Assembly: GCA_000320545.1 (NCBI GenBank)
Contig: ADNK01002140.1
Location: 1 to 64,000, forward strand
Direction: 5' to 3'
DNA: 64,000 bases
DNA from: Bigelowiella natans CCMP2755
Taxonomy: Eukaryota > Protista > Cercozoa
Part shown: positions 53,662-64,000 of the stretch, piece by piece
Position numbering within the stretch: the first letter of the stretch is position 1
How the letters are laid out: each line of letters starts with the position of its first letter
Notes under the pieces: generated by a model
Databases searched by the model: none
The model's input: the letters and a program-made list of their open reading frames with translations, nothing else
Told to the model about the DNA's origin: nothing
Position numbers and translations under genes: made by a program

Positions 53662-55488
53662 ATGGACACCGCCAGTGCTAGTGGCTATTCTGCCGCAGTT
53701 TGGTGCGTCTTGTTCTGGGTCCTTTACCACTGCAGTATAATGGCTATCAGCAAGTCAGGCTCCTAGAAATAGAAGAGGAAAATGAAGAGACTAAAATACA
53801 TTTCATGAATATGATATTATATTTGAAGGTATTGGTTTGTGAAGAGATTTCCCGAATTCGACCGCCTCACGAAGGATAACGAATTTGTAGGGTACATACC
53901 AGCCCAATCCTGCAGCAAGAAATGATAGAATGATAATCTTCGTATTATATCCAACTGTAGATTTCTCTTCGCCTGCTTATCGTATCAAACTGTGTGCCTC
54001 CCGATCTTGCTCGTATACACTGCGCTCAGTAGTCCCCTCTCCGATCTAGAATGGTCAGTATTTGATCAACAACTTTTGGGGCCGATGGTGTGTGTGGTTA
54101 TTTCCTCTTTCAAAACGATCCTCATAACGCGATAGGTGGGCTGGGTACTCGCGCCCATCGACGGTAGATGCCAGGACTCTGGTGCTTAGTGCTCAAATAG
54201 GGTATTTCATTACCATGAATAAAATCAGTATTCCACCGCTTGAAGCATGCCTCTCTGCTTTGAATCATCCAGATACGTTGCCAAGGATTTTTTTTTTAAG
54301 GACGCTATTGCCGATGGCGACATAGCAATGTGGGCTCATCATTTTTTATCCATGACCCTCCTTGTTGGTGAGAAATTTAGCTAACGATTTAACCCAAATA
54401 CGAATCGAAATGAAATCATCATCGATGTTTCATTAGGCGCATTGTTCAATATATATCTGACCTCGGGATCGGTCGTTGTTGGTGTTGGTTTTCTGGAGTT
54501 CGGGTACTACTGCTATGAGAACGAAATTCTGCAGTGATCCAAAGTGCCCATGCTGTTTTGACGACGACGGGATACTGAAAAATTCGTTGTTTCTCCTCCT
54601 CCTCCTCCTCCTCCTCCTTTGTTTTTCTTCCTCCACCTTACAGTTCGTGCATACTGAACTTCCATTGCATATGTGGAGCATTTAACAGAAGCGATCTCCT
54701 ATCTTGGGTAAGCAGTTATACATCCAGTTGCAACGCTATTCTTGTTTGCAGCAGTACTGAATGGCAGGTGTTTTCGGTATTATTAGGTAGACCCACTGTT
54801 CTTATTCTCGATGATATTCAGCAATGTCTCTACTGCTATTCTTCTGGGTGTCATTTGGGGGGTAGTTAATAGCTCTAATCGATGTAGTACGTATGAATGG
54901 TCTATGTGCTGCTGAATTTCCAGGAGAGACTGAAGCACTTACCGCTTAAAATCATTCCGCATTTCTTCTCCAATACTAAAATTTTCAATTTTTGATCGAT
55001 ATTGTTTTATAGATTCCGGATGCCCGGGCAGGCTTTCGGTTTGACTGCATTATGGCCTTATTGTCAATATGCTGAATATATGATTTGATGACGGTTTCTC
55101 CAATGAATGTGCAGGCTTGTCGAGTTCGTTGCGACCTTCTTAATATTACAACTTGCCATCGTTCGTACGACTAATGCGTTGAAGCTAGAAGAATTGCTAG
55201 TCAGAAAGGTGAAACCCGCTCATTTGATGAAGATATATTGGGTGAGGATCGTGTTGGATATTGTTGGTACAGATTTTCCGAAACTTCTGTCCAAAACCAA
55301 GTGCCAGGCAGAAGAAGGTTCTGGCAGGAAAAGCTGCTGAAGAAAGCAATGCAGGGTCAACATACATATCAAAATCTTTGCAACCTCTTCTCAGCTTCTT
55401 TACAAACTCAGCTTGCAACGATATCTCTGTGTCTCTGGATGTATGGCTGCCATTTTCATGGGATCATACGTTTGCAGTGGGTCGGTAG
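53662..55488 (+). CDS. TLC (TRAM/LAG1/CLN8)-domain membrane protein; 3' end approximate
   Basis: Spliced frame MDTASASGYSAAVWCVLFWVLYH...SAQIG-YVAKDFFFKDAIADGDIAMWAHHFLS...GFLEFG-S matches the GY..D, HH and E motifs of TLC domains. Confidence 0.68.
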
Positions 55489-56229
55489 CACATGCAATGA
55501 TGAGCAGGAGCGAGTTGTGATATCTTATCATTTAGGGATTTACAAAATCTAAAAATAAATCAACGTCAGTTGGGAATGCATACGCATTTGCTATGCCATG
55601 CTATTGATCATTCGAATCGGAGGAGTGTGCCGTGTTGCTGTCCACTGCTTTTGCACATGATTCACACACTAAGCCACCCCTGCTAACTCTACTAGCTAGC
55701 TAATCTATGCTACTACATTGAACAGCGGGCGGGTAAATGTAATATGCTGCAGCGTTCATGTGTCTAGTCATGCACGTACATGACGCGAACTACATGCAAT
55801 TGCACCTACAGCAGAACATGCACTATATAGGCACTGAGTCAGCACAGTGGTCTTGTGCCTATAGCTAGTTGTCTAAACAACATGACTTTTCAAAATTTAG
55901 GAAGAGCACGCATGCTAGCATGCGGAAGTGTTGTACGTAGATGCACAGTTGCACATGGCTAGATCTGAGGTGCGGCGCAAAAGACTAGAAGCATTCGAAT
56001 ATTGATGCTTTATTGCTCGTCACAGTCGTGTGTCGAACGTTGCATGATACCATCGCCGTGCTAGCGTGCTCTATAGCTCAATAAACTATTGTATAAATAG
56101 CATGATGTGCACACACACGCTAGCACGGTACATGCTAGCATGTCTATCTAGATGTGTGTGAAGCACTGTGCACATGCAGACTAAGCATGTGCAATTAGGC
56201 TCTGCAATAGTGCAATCCTTGCAATTGCT

Positions 56230-56348
56230 ATGAGACGGATGTGATGAATAACAAATTGAATAGCTTTTCAATGGTCATCCTAATGTAGCCATGCTAGCAT
56301 GTAAAGCTGCGGCTACTTTTATTTTAAATTGCATTTGTTTGTTTCTGC
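56230..56348 (-). mobile_element. Dispersed LINE 3'-end element (copy 7)
   Basis: Reverse complement gcagaaacaaacaaatgc...gtagccgc...ggctacattaggatgaccattgaaaag...catcacatccgtctcat. Confidence 0.75.
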
Positions 56349-56377
56349 TGTGATGTCGCATGCAATCTCACATGACT

Positions 56378-56483
56378 AACAAACAAAACTTAAGCGCTAT
56401 AGTCATTCGCAGCTTAAGCACAGCTACGTCAGGATGGCTATTGATAGAATGTGATTTATTCATTCACTACAAATCCGTCTCAT
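56378..56483 (+). mobile_element. Dispersed LINE 3'-end element (copy 8)
   Basis: taagcgctatagtc...cacagctacgtcaggatggctattga...aaatccgtctcat. Confidence 0.7.
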
Positions 56484-56542
56484 GTAGCGTAAAAGCTATG
56501 CGCCTTAACATGTTGATATTTGAGCATGCATCAAAGTCCAAG

Positions 56543-58373
56543 TTAATACCCTGCAGGTTCATCAAACGGAGTTGATACTTTTTCAACTTTCTTCCAAATT
56601 GCTACACCTATGTGATGCATGAATAGATTCATAAACAAACCAAATACGAAAAAGGCTGACACACATGGAATCACGATATTCATTCTGATTGCGATTTATA
56701 TCTCTGTACCTGTCGCCCTAGCTACGGCAACTCTATCATCGACTAACCAAATAGAGAGGTAATCATATTAAAAGTCATTATCCACGAAATGGGGAGCGAT
56801 GTTGAAATATGTGCGTTTCTAAGCAGATAGAACAAATACCATACCTGCAAGGAAATTGAAGAATGGTCCTAAATAAGTACCAGTTTAAACTTAAAATTTT
56901 CAACAAAGAAATGCTAAAAACTGATTAAGTACCTCCAATTTGGTTTCCTGGCAGCTCTGCTCTATCGCTTAAACCGAAGGACGATCGCCAACCTTCCGGG
57001 ATAGGAGGTGACCATCCAAAAAACTACATACGAGGCAAGAATGAATGGTATTTTCTCACAGTAGTATTTGATAGGAAGGCAGATATATGAGATAGACATT
57101 TAATCGAGAGTGTAGACATGCTTGGGTTATTCTGTCCCACCTTCACGTCGTAGAATTTCCATTTCAACGAGGAGCGGTTCGGCAGCCATCTACTCAAACA
57201 AGAAGCAGAGCATGTCATGTAAGCAGGAATGATGTGCATAATACGGTACAGGCGAACATTGGTTATCGTAGTCGTTGTTGTCCATTATCAAAGTTCTTAC
57301 TTACTTATATGCTCCAGAAAATTGTACAATTGGCCTACATTGAAAAGAAAAGAAGTATAATGTAGAACAATTAGCTTGAGGAGTACCGCGGCGGAATGCG
57401 AAGAATGGATAGTACGTTTCATCCCAGTAAACTGCATTCGTTATGTGACATGGCTCCGTCTGTTTTACCAACCGCATGTACAATATAGATCGATGTAAAA
57501 AGGTTTTCGGGTTCAAATACTTCACTATTTGGAATCTCATCAATGTAACCATGTAACCACCCTCCTCCCTCCTCTTTTTCAATTACCATCATTCTACCTT
57601 CGGATCAAAGGTCTGGACAGCCTGACGGTTGTGTGATCGAATTAATAACATTTTGATATATCATCATTAAGAAATGAATACATTTGTGGCAAGTTGAAAC
57701 GACCTTAAATGGTATGTAAGAGAATTGCCTTCCTGCCTTTTTTTGTGTCTTTATATCTCTATTAAAGACCATCACTTCACACACAACCACATTGCTACAA
57801 GGAAGATGCCTCGGTTATATTCTCTATTTTGATATTCTGATCATTATCTACGTTATCTTTCAATACCCCGTCGTAAAAACCAATTGCCATGACCCATCCA
57901 GTTTATGGTTTTCAATCCTTCGCCTACTTCCAGGTATTCTATGGAAAGTTATTATCAATTTATTATGAACTTACGCATGAAGTAGAATCGATCTTACGTT
58001 CGCTCAATCGTGTAGATTGCATCCAAAACTTCGTCGGGAGGAACGTCTCTCTGGGGGATTTATTTGGCGTAATTATGTTCCATCGCTGGCTCATACCTCA
58101 CATCATGCATACCGTTTCAGCGGCTTGATGCAAAACAGACATTTGTTTCGAAAGATCTGGAGGAGATTCTCCAGTCAATGTAGCAGGTGTACGAAAGGAT
58201 GATGCTTTTCGGAGAAAGATTGAGCCACTACGAAGAGCAGTTGCCTGTCGACGAGATAATCGCGACGAGAGGGATGCTGGCATTGACCCCTCACATGAAG
58301 ACAGCACGAGGAGGACTACGCAGAAGGACAAGAAGGGTCGGTAACTGCTCGTGTTGCGCTGACACAGAATCAT
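56543..58373 (-). CDS. Plastid-targeted PAP/fibrillin-like protein
   Basis: Bipartite leader (FLSFCVVLLVLSSCEG plus Ser/Arg-rich transit peptide), LDGSWQLVFTTG, FSYIPFK-AVQTFDP, ITNAVYW, and GPFFNFLA...DDRVAVARATG-GVAIWKKV. Confidence 0.65.
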
Positions 58374-58819
58374 CACGGAGAGAAGGATTGTGATGATCAG
58401 TGGTGACGTCGTCTCTCCGCACCCCTTCCCCTCTCTCTCTTCCCTGCTCACTTCTTTCTGTTTTAAGTCGTTCTTGTCCGTACTTTCCTCTTGTCATAAG
58501 AAATCGCCTTCTTTTTCCTTCTGCGACATAATTGTCTTCTTGCTGCCGCCAGAAGCCCTTGCCGGACGCCGCTTCCACTGCCGGTCCCACCCCTCCTCGG
58601 TCTTTGTAACATTACATCTGATCTGGCGGAGGGGAATACGCATTCCATAAATTTCGGTACCTCTCTACAGATTCGTCATAATTGTTGTATGTGAGATAGT
58701 GTGCGGTATTGTGATTTCTATTATATGGCATGCCAATTACAACCTATCACACCTTGTCACAGTAAATAGTTAGAGATCAAAAGGCAGGAATCCTTTCTTT
58801 CAGGTTTCGATCAAGAGCG

Positions 58820-59800
58820 ATGCTTTTTGATGATGGCGATGATAAATTTGGACTTCTTCAGAGACTCTTGCAAAGTGTGTTGTAACTAAAATATTGTTTT
58901 AAAAGGCGAGTCAAATTCAAATCCAACTGATAGTCTCGCCACTTCCCCAATCTCCATATTGTAAATTCAGGGCTTATGGGAGTTGAAGAGATGCAACAAG
59001 CCTTCAACGAATTTCATCCAGAAAAAATTCCAGGATACCATGACTATTTTACGTTTGTGAAAAGAAAGATGGATCTTCAAACAGTGAAGGTGGCAAAATT
59101 TCGTTGATTTAGTTTCTTTGTGCTAATCAAAGTTTGATCTATCAGAGAAATCTCAAGAAGAAGAAATACAGTTCCATCGAGAGTGTCATCGATGATATTA
59201 CCCTCGTTTTCAGCAATGCTATCCGGTGAGATAGGCAAGCAATTATGCCCAAATGATTCTCATTTTCAAAATCACTCCAACCGTCACTATGATGCAGTAC
59301 TGCGGCTGCATGCTGTAGATAGAAAGTGTACTTTAAATTAATCTTTTGTAATGAAATGAATAACTTGATGGTATGATTGTCGCAGATACAAGAAGACGCC
59401 TTCTGTATACCAGGGACTTGCGAAAACTTTTTTAAGCATTTACGTTCCATACCTTAGACTTCGGTGAGCCATCTACACTGTAGGAAATTATGGCCTCCTC
59501 TCACTATGTTGTGATAAAGGTTGCAAGCGTCTTCACTGAGTGCAAGATGGCAGCAAATGGCGCAGCATATTCTTGCTCATTTAAGTAAGTTTGAATAAAG
59601 AAGATAACACATGGGGTTTAACAACACAGGCCCATGAATTAAAATGTATTTTTAAATTTAGTCACGAATGACCCCGAGAGCACAAAATGGTTTCTAAGTC
59701 CAGTGGACCTAAAACAATTTACGGATTATACAGAGGTCCTACTTACTTACCAGCTGCTGTTGGTGGTTGTAGGAGAAGAATAAACACAATGTCCAAGGAA

Positions 59801-59841
<41 letters not shown>

Positions 59842-62800
59842 CCACGGATGTGGTGCAGCTACTGCATATATCATGGAAACTGTACCCGATCGATATTTGA
59901 TATTTTATGCCCGGCATTATACAGAAAATAAATGGGAGGCCAACAGATTACTCCAAAATTAAGAAGAAACTTGAGAAAGGGAAGTACTCCGACTTGCAAG
60001 GATTTAGGAAAGAAATGCTCCGGGTATTTTGACTCATAGTGTTACCTTTTTTTTAAATGCATACTTTAGGCGAATGCATCAATCATCATCACCATTGTTT
60101 CAGGTGACACAAAATTGCAGAGAATTCAATCGTGCTGCTTTCTGGGATAAGCTTTGTGCAAATGTTGACAAGAATTTCGAGATTCTTTACAACAAGGCTA
60201 AAACCTTGCTCGCTAGAGAAGGAAAGGGAGGAGGATCATCACGTTTAACAACGACAGCTGTTCAAAATGGAAGGAAATCACCAGCCGTTACTGATAATGG
60301 AGATGATACCCTATCGTCACACAAAGTAAGGAGTCATTTGTTTAAGGTGTTTGTTGTTCTTAGTTCATCATGATGATGATTATGATGATGTGGAGGCGAG
60401 GAGATGTATGTATTAGCTACCCAGAAGATGACGTTGAAACTGACAAAGCTAGGCGTTGATGAACGATGAACGCTTCTCTAAAAATCATTTTTTAAACGCA
60501 GAAAATTCCTGGTGACCAGCCAACCGATGCAATTATCATGAAGCTTAAATTTGTTCTTCATGAACTTCTAAAAGCGGCAAAGGATGATTCTAAAGACTAC
60601 GAAATCCTGAAGGTGGCCAAATAAAAATTAGTGATTGTTTTGAGGTTGTGGAGAGGATCATCTTACAGAAGCAATGTAGTAGCCTCCAAAGAACAATTCT
60701 CGGTCGCTAATCTTAGGACAAAAGGATAATGATGATGATAATGATGATGTGTTATTGTTCTAATTATTGTTGACAGAACGTGGAGAAGCGTCTTGAAAGC
60801 AATGCACTTCCAATGGTATCTGACTTCATCCGAGATGTGCACCAAGCCTACTCTCATCGAGAGGGGGGGGGGGTGAGGCTAGAAAAGATCTTTGACGAGC
60901 AGCTAAAGAAGTTTCAACTTATCAAAATTAAGCAGAGCATGTTCGACGAATCTTTTTCCTCGTCTTCTTCGAAAAAGAGATCTCTAGCCTCTGCTTATGA
61001 TCCCAACACTACATCTTCCCGTTCGTCGTCATCATCATCATTAACTGCGATGAAGCAGAGCAGCGCCAGCACGAGCAATCCTGTTCTACCAAGTCTAACA
61101 CTTGTACGGCCAAGGGCTACTGTATCATCATCATCATCTTCCTCCTCACGACCTGCTGCTCAATCTTCGTCATCAAAGATTAAGCGTAAGCAACCAATCG
61201 GAAAGTAAGTAAATAGTACATGTATTGTACAGTGCATTGTAGTTGAAGTGAAACGCGGCTTCTAGTTCTCCTATTATCTAAAATTATCATCATAATCGTC
61301 GTCGTCGTCGATGTTGCTATTGTTGTTATTGTCTTGTCTCGATACCCCCCCTCCACACACCCCACACAGATTAACTAAACACCATTTGCATGATACCGTT
61401 TTTGTAAGTGTTGTATCCTTGATGATAGCTAATATCACAACCACGTACATGTTCCTCAAACTACTCAAAAGTGCTCACGAATGCTACCACTGCCATCAGG
61501 TTTGAAGACGCCCCACTTGATTCGAAGAGAGCTCTGACATTCCTGAATGAGCTTGAGGTAGTACGAAGAAGAACAATAACAACAAATCATCTCATGATAA
61601 CGTTCTTTAAGCGACAACAACTATTTATTATTATTCGTTGACTTTCTTCAGTTTACTCTCCCTTTCTTAAGCATGATTCCATTAAAAAAACGTCTCACAT
61701 TTGTGGCTATTATTAGGCTAATCCTGAATTCAAATATTTTAAAGCAAAAGTAGATGAGGTAACAAAGCGTTAGATATTATCATCATTACCATCATCATCA
61801 TTGCCATTATCATCTTATATTTGTGATCACCATATCTTCAGGTGAGAGACAACGCGCCCAGGTATTACAGGTTGATTCTTAAACCTATGTGGTTTGATGA
61901 AGTTCGTGCTCGAATTGAAGACGGAAGGTCAGAGTTACGAACTGTTTTTTTTTTAATGATAAGATAATCATAGGAAAGAGGACAGGCATGAAAAAGAAGA
62001 AGAAGATTGTGACATTGCTCTGAAGCAGATGCACCCCCATCCATCATTTGAATAAACATCTAGGTATCCGAATCATAAGATCTTCTTGCAAGACCTGCGC
62101 CAGATTGGTGAAAATGCGAAAACGTACAATGATCGTAACAATCCAGTGCATCAGTACGGAGGGAGACTCATCTCAAAAGTCGCCAAATGGAAAAGAGAAG
62201 TTGGAAGCCAGTGGCGGAAAGAAAAGGAAAGAGAACGAGGTGATACACAAATGAATGGATGAATAGTAACATTTACGATGAAGATGACGACGATGATGAT
62301 GGTGATGATTTTGCTCTGCTCCTATTGCTTCATAGGAATAGTCCGGCAGCCCCCAAAGCGAGGCAAGGTCTCCAAGAAAACAACACCCAAATCTTCAAAA
62401 AAGAAGCAATATTTTCGCGCTGATCCTGCAACCCTGATAAGAAGGGTTGATGCGGCAGAATTGGTACAAAGATTGACGGAAGAGAAAGAAGCTATTTGGT
62501 TTTTGAAAAAGGTTGATGAGGTCACACATGGCGCACCAGGATACTACCAAAAAATTACGCAGCCGATGTACCTTGAAAAAGTACTCAGCATAATAAAAGG
62601 AAAGGAACAGCCTCCAGCACAGATACCGACAATATCGGAAGAAGAACGAAGACAAATAGACTCTGCAATGTCGTCGTCCTCGTTGTCTGTTAAAGAAGAG
62701 ATCGTTGCAAATGGAAATGAAAACAAAGGGGATGGTAGTAATGAGGATTGGAAGAAGATGTACATATCAGCGCTGCTGTTTCAGGAAACGGTCAACTTAA

Positions 62801-64000
62801 TCTGGACAAATTGCATCAAATTCAATGGAAAGTCTTCGTCTATAGCTGCTTTTGCATTTTCTATGAAAAAGAAGTTCATAGCTGGCCTAACGGATATCAT
62901 CATCTCTCCAAGAGGAGGAGGAGGAGGAGGAGGAAACTTGTCATCGTTGTCGAAGAAAAAACGTTTGTTACCATCCTCCACTTCATTAGGGGATTCTACA
63001 AAGCACAACTCTGTAAAGACAGAACCCGCTAGCAGCAAGATAACATCGATCTCCACCACCATACACGAGCACGGAAAAAATCATTTAAAATCAGCAACAG
63101 TATTATCAAAGGGGGGAGGGGAAGAGGAGGAGGACGACGACGAATCTGATAGTGATGACGACGAAAACGAGCCAATCGATCTCCTCGGAACAACCAGTAG
63201 CAATGGCAAGAGGGAGAAGAAGAAGAAGAAGAAACAGAAGAAGAAAAGGAAGAATTCGAAAGACGAACATCCAAAAGCTGCTGATGGTGCTCTTGGTAAC
63301 GGCAGCGGTGTCCCAGGGCGCAATCATGGAGCAACAGAAAGCTCATCAGCAGCAGGAATAACAACAGTATCATCCTCTTCTAATAATACAGCTATCTCTC
63401 CTCCTCAAGGAGGAGATGATCATAAGCACCAGAATCAGCATGGCAATCTTCCACCACTCGAGAGTAGTCCTTCATCTCCTCTCACCCCCCGTTGGGTTGA
63501 AGAGGCCAAATGGGTTCTCACTATGTTGAGCAATTACGAAACCTTTGGATGTAAGATTGCCGGTGACTTCAGCTTCAAGATAGACCCCATCCAGCACAAC
63601 CTGCCAAACTATCTTGATTACATCAAAAAGCCAATGGACCTAGCCACTATCTCCACGAACCTCAACACCGGCAAATATGACTCACTGGAAGCCTTCCACG
63701 CTGATGGGAAGCTGGTATTCAAGAACGCGATCAAATATAACAAGAAGACGGATAAACGCAACTCCGTAATTAGCGTGGCAGCGCATCTTCTTAAGAACGA
63801 ACTCAAGTTGCTCATCAATATCGTCAAGAAGAAATTGGAGAGAGAGGAGAGAGGGGAACTCGGTGATGATACACCGGTGCCTCTGTGGGTTGAGAAGGCT
63901 CTTCAAGTGGTTAGAAAATGTCCAATTCTCAGCTTTGCGAAACCGATGAACCCCTTTCAATACAGAATGAATGACTACTTCGTGGTCGTAAAAAAGCCTA
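58820..64000 (+). CDS. Multi-bromodomain protein (at least 6 bromodomains), truncated by window end
   Basis: Repeated DY...PMDL...Y...N..(Y/F)N modules: DYFTFVKRKMDL..NAIRYK; WFLSPVD..NCREFN; RYYRLILKPMWF..NAKTYN; GYYQKITQPMYL..NCIKFN; NYLDYIKKPMDL..NAIKYN; DYFVVVKKP (cut off). The exon from ~62336 to the end is open but absent from the ORF track because it has no stop. Confidence 0.9.

Noticed and set aside
53452-53730. 92-aa minus-strand ORF
   Set aside because: Antisense to the first exon of the TLC gene, which splices cleanly on the + strand.
1-64000. tRNA, rRNA, intact transposase or reverse transcriptase genes
   Set aside because: None recognisable by eye. The agent responsible for the CTAG insertions does not appear to be encoded in this window.

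Overview
Intron-rich eukaryotic nuclear DNA, most likely from a chlorarachniophyte alga such as Bigelowiella. This is inferred from a green-type PsbP carrying signal peptide, transit peptide and Tat leader. About 17 protein genes can be assembled by eye: a Cys-containing LRR protein, GT34-like glycosyltransferase, histidine phosphatase, calponin-homology kinesin-14, a secreted aromatic-repeat protein, HPT1/XPT1-type phosphoribosyltransferase, rhomboid pseudoprotease-SHP-UBA protein, a multipass orphan, PsbP, MCM4, omega-like GST, UTP14, a TLC protein, a fibrillin-like plastid protein, a protein with at least 6 bromodomains, and two weak hypotheticals. Most genes sit in head-to-head pairs, and their 3' ends are separated by unusual CATG/CTAG-rich spacers. 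The main finding is that these spacers contain more than 40 perfect NNNN-CTAG-NNNN units (counted by eye), each a constant CTAG between two copies of a variable 4-mer. Deleting these 8-bp units from a decayed LINE fragment at 15.7-16.3 kb restores an open frame with a CCHC knuckle, so they are insertions. They may be transposon excision footprints or marks of an undescribed cut-and-insert system. A roughly 60-120 bp LINE 3'-end hairpin recurs 8 times in the same spacers. Exon boundaries were read manually and are approximate.
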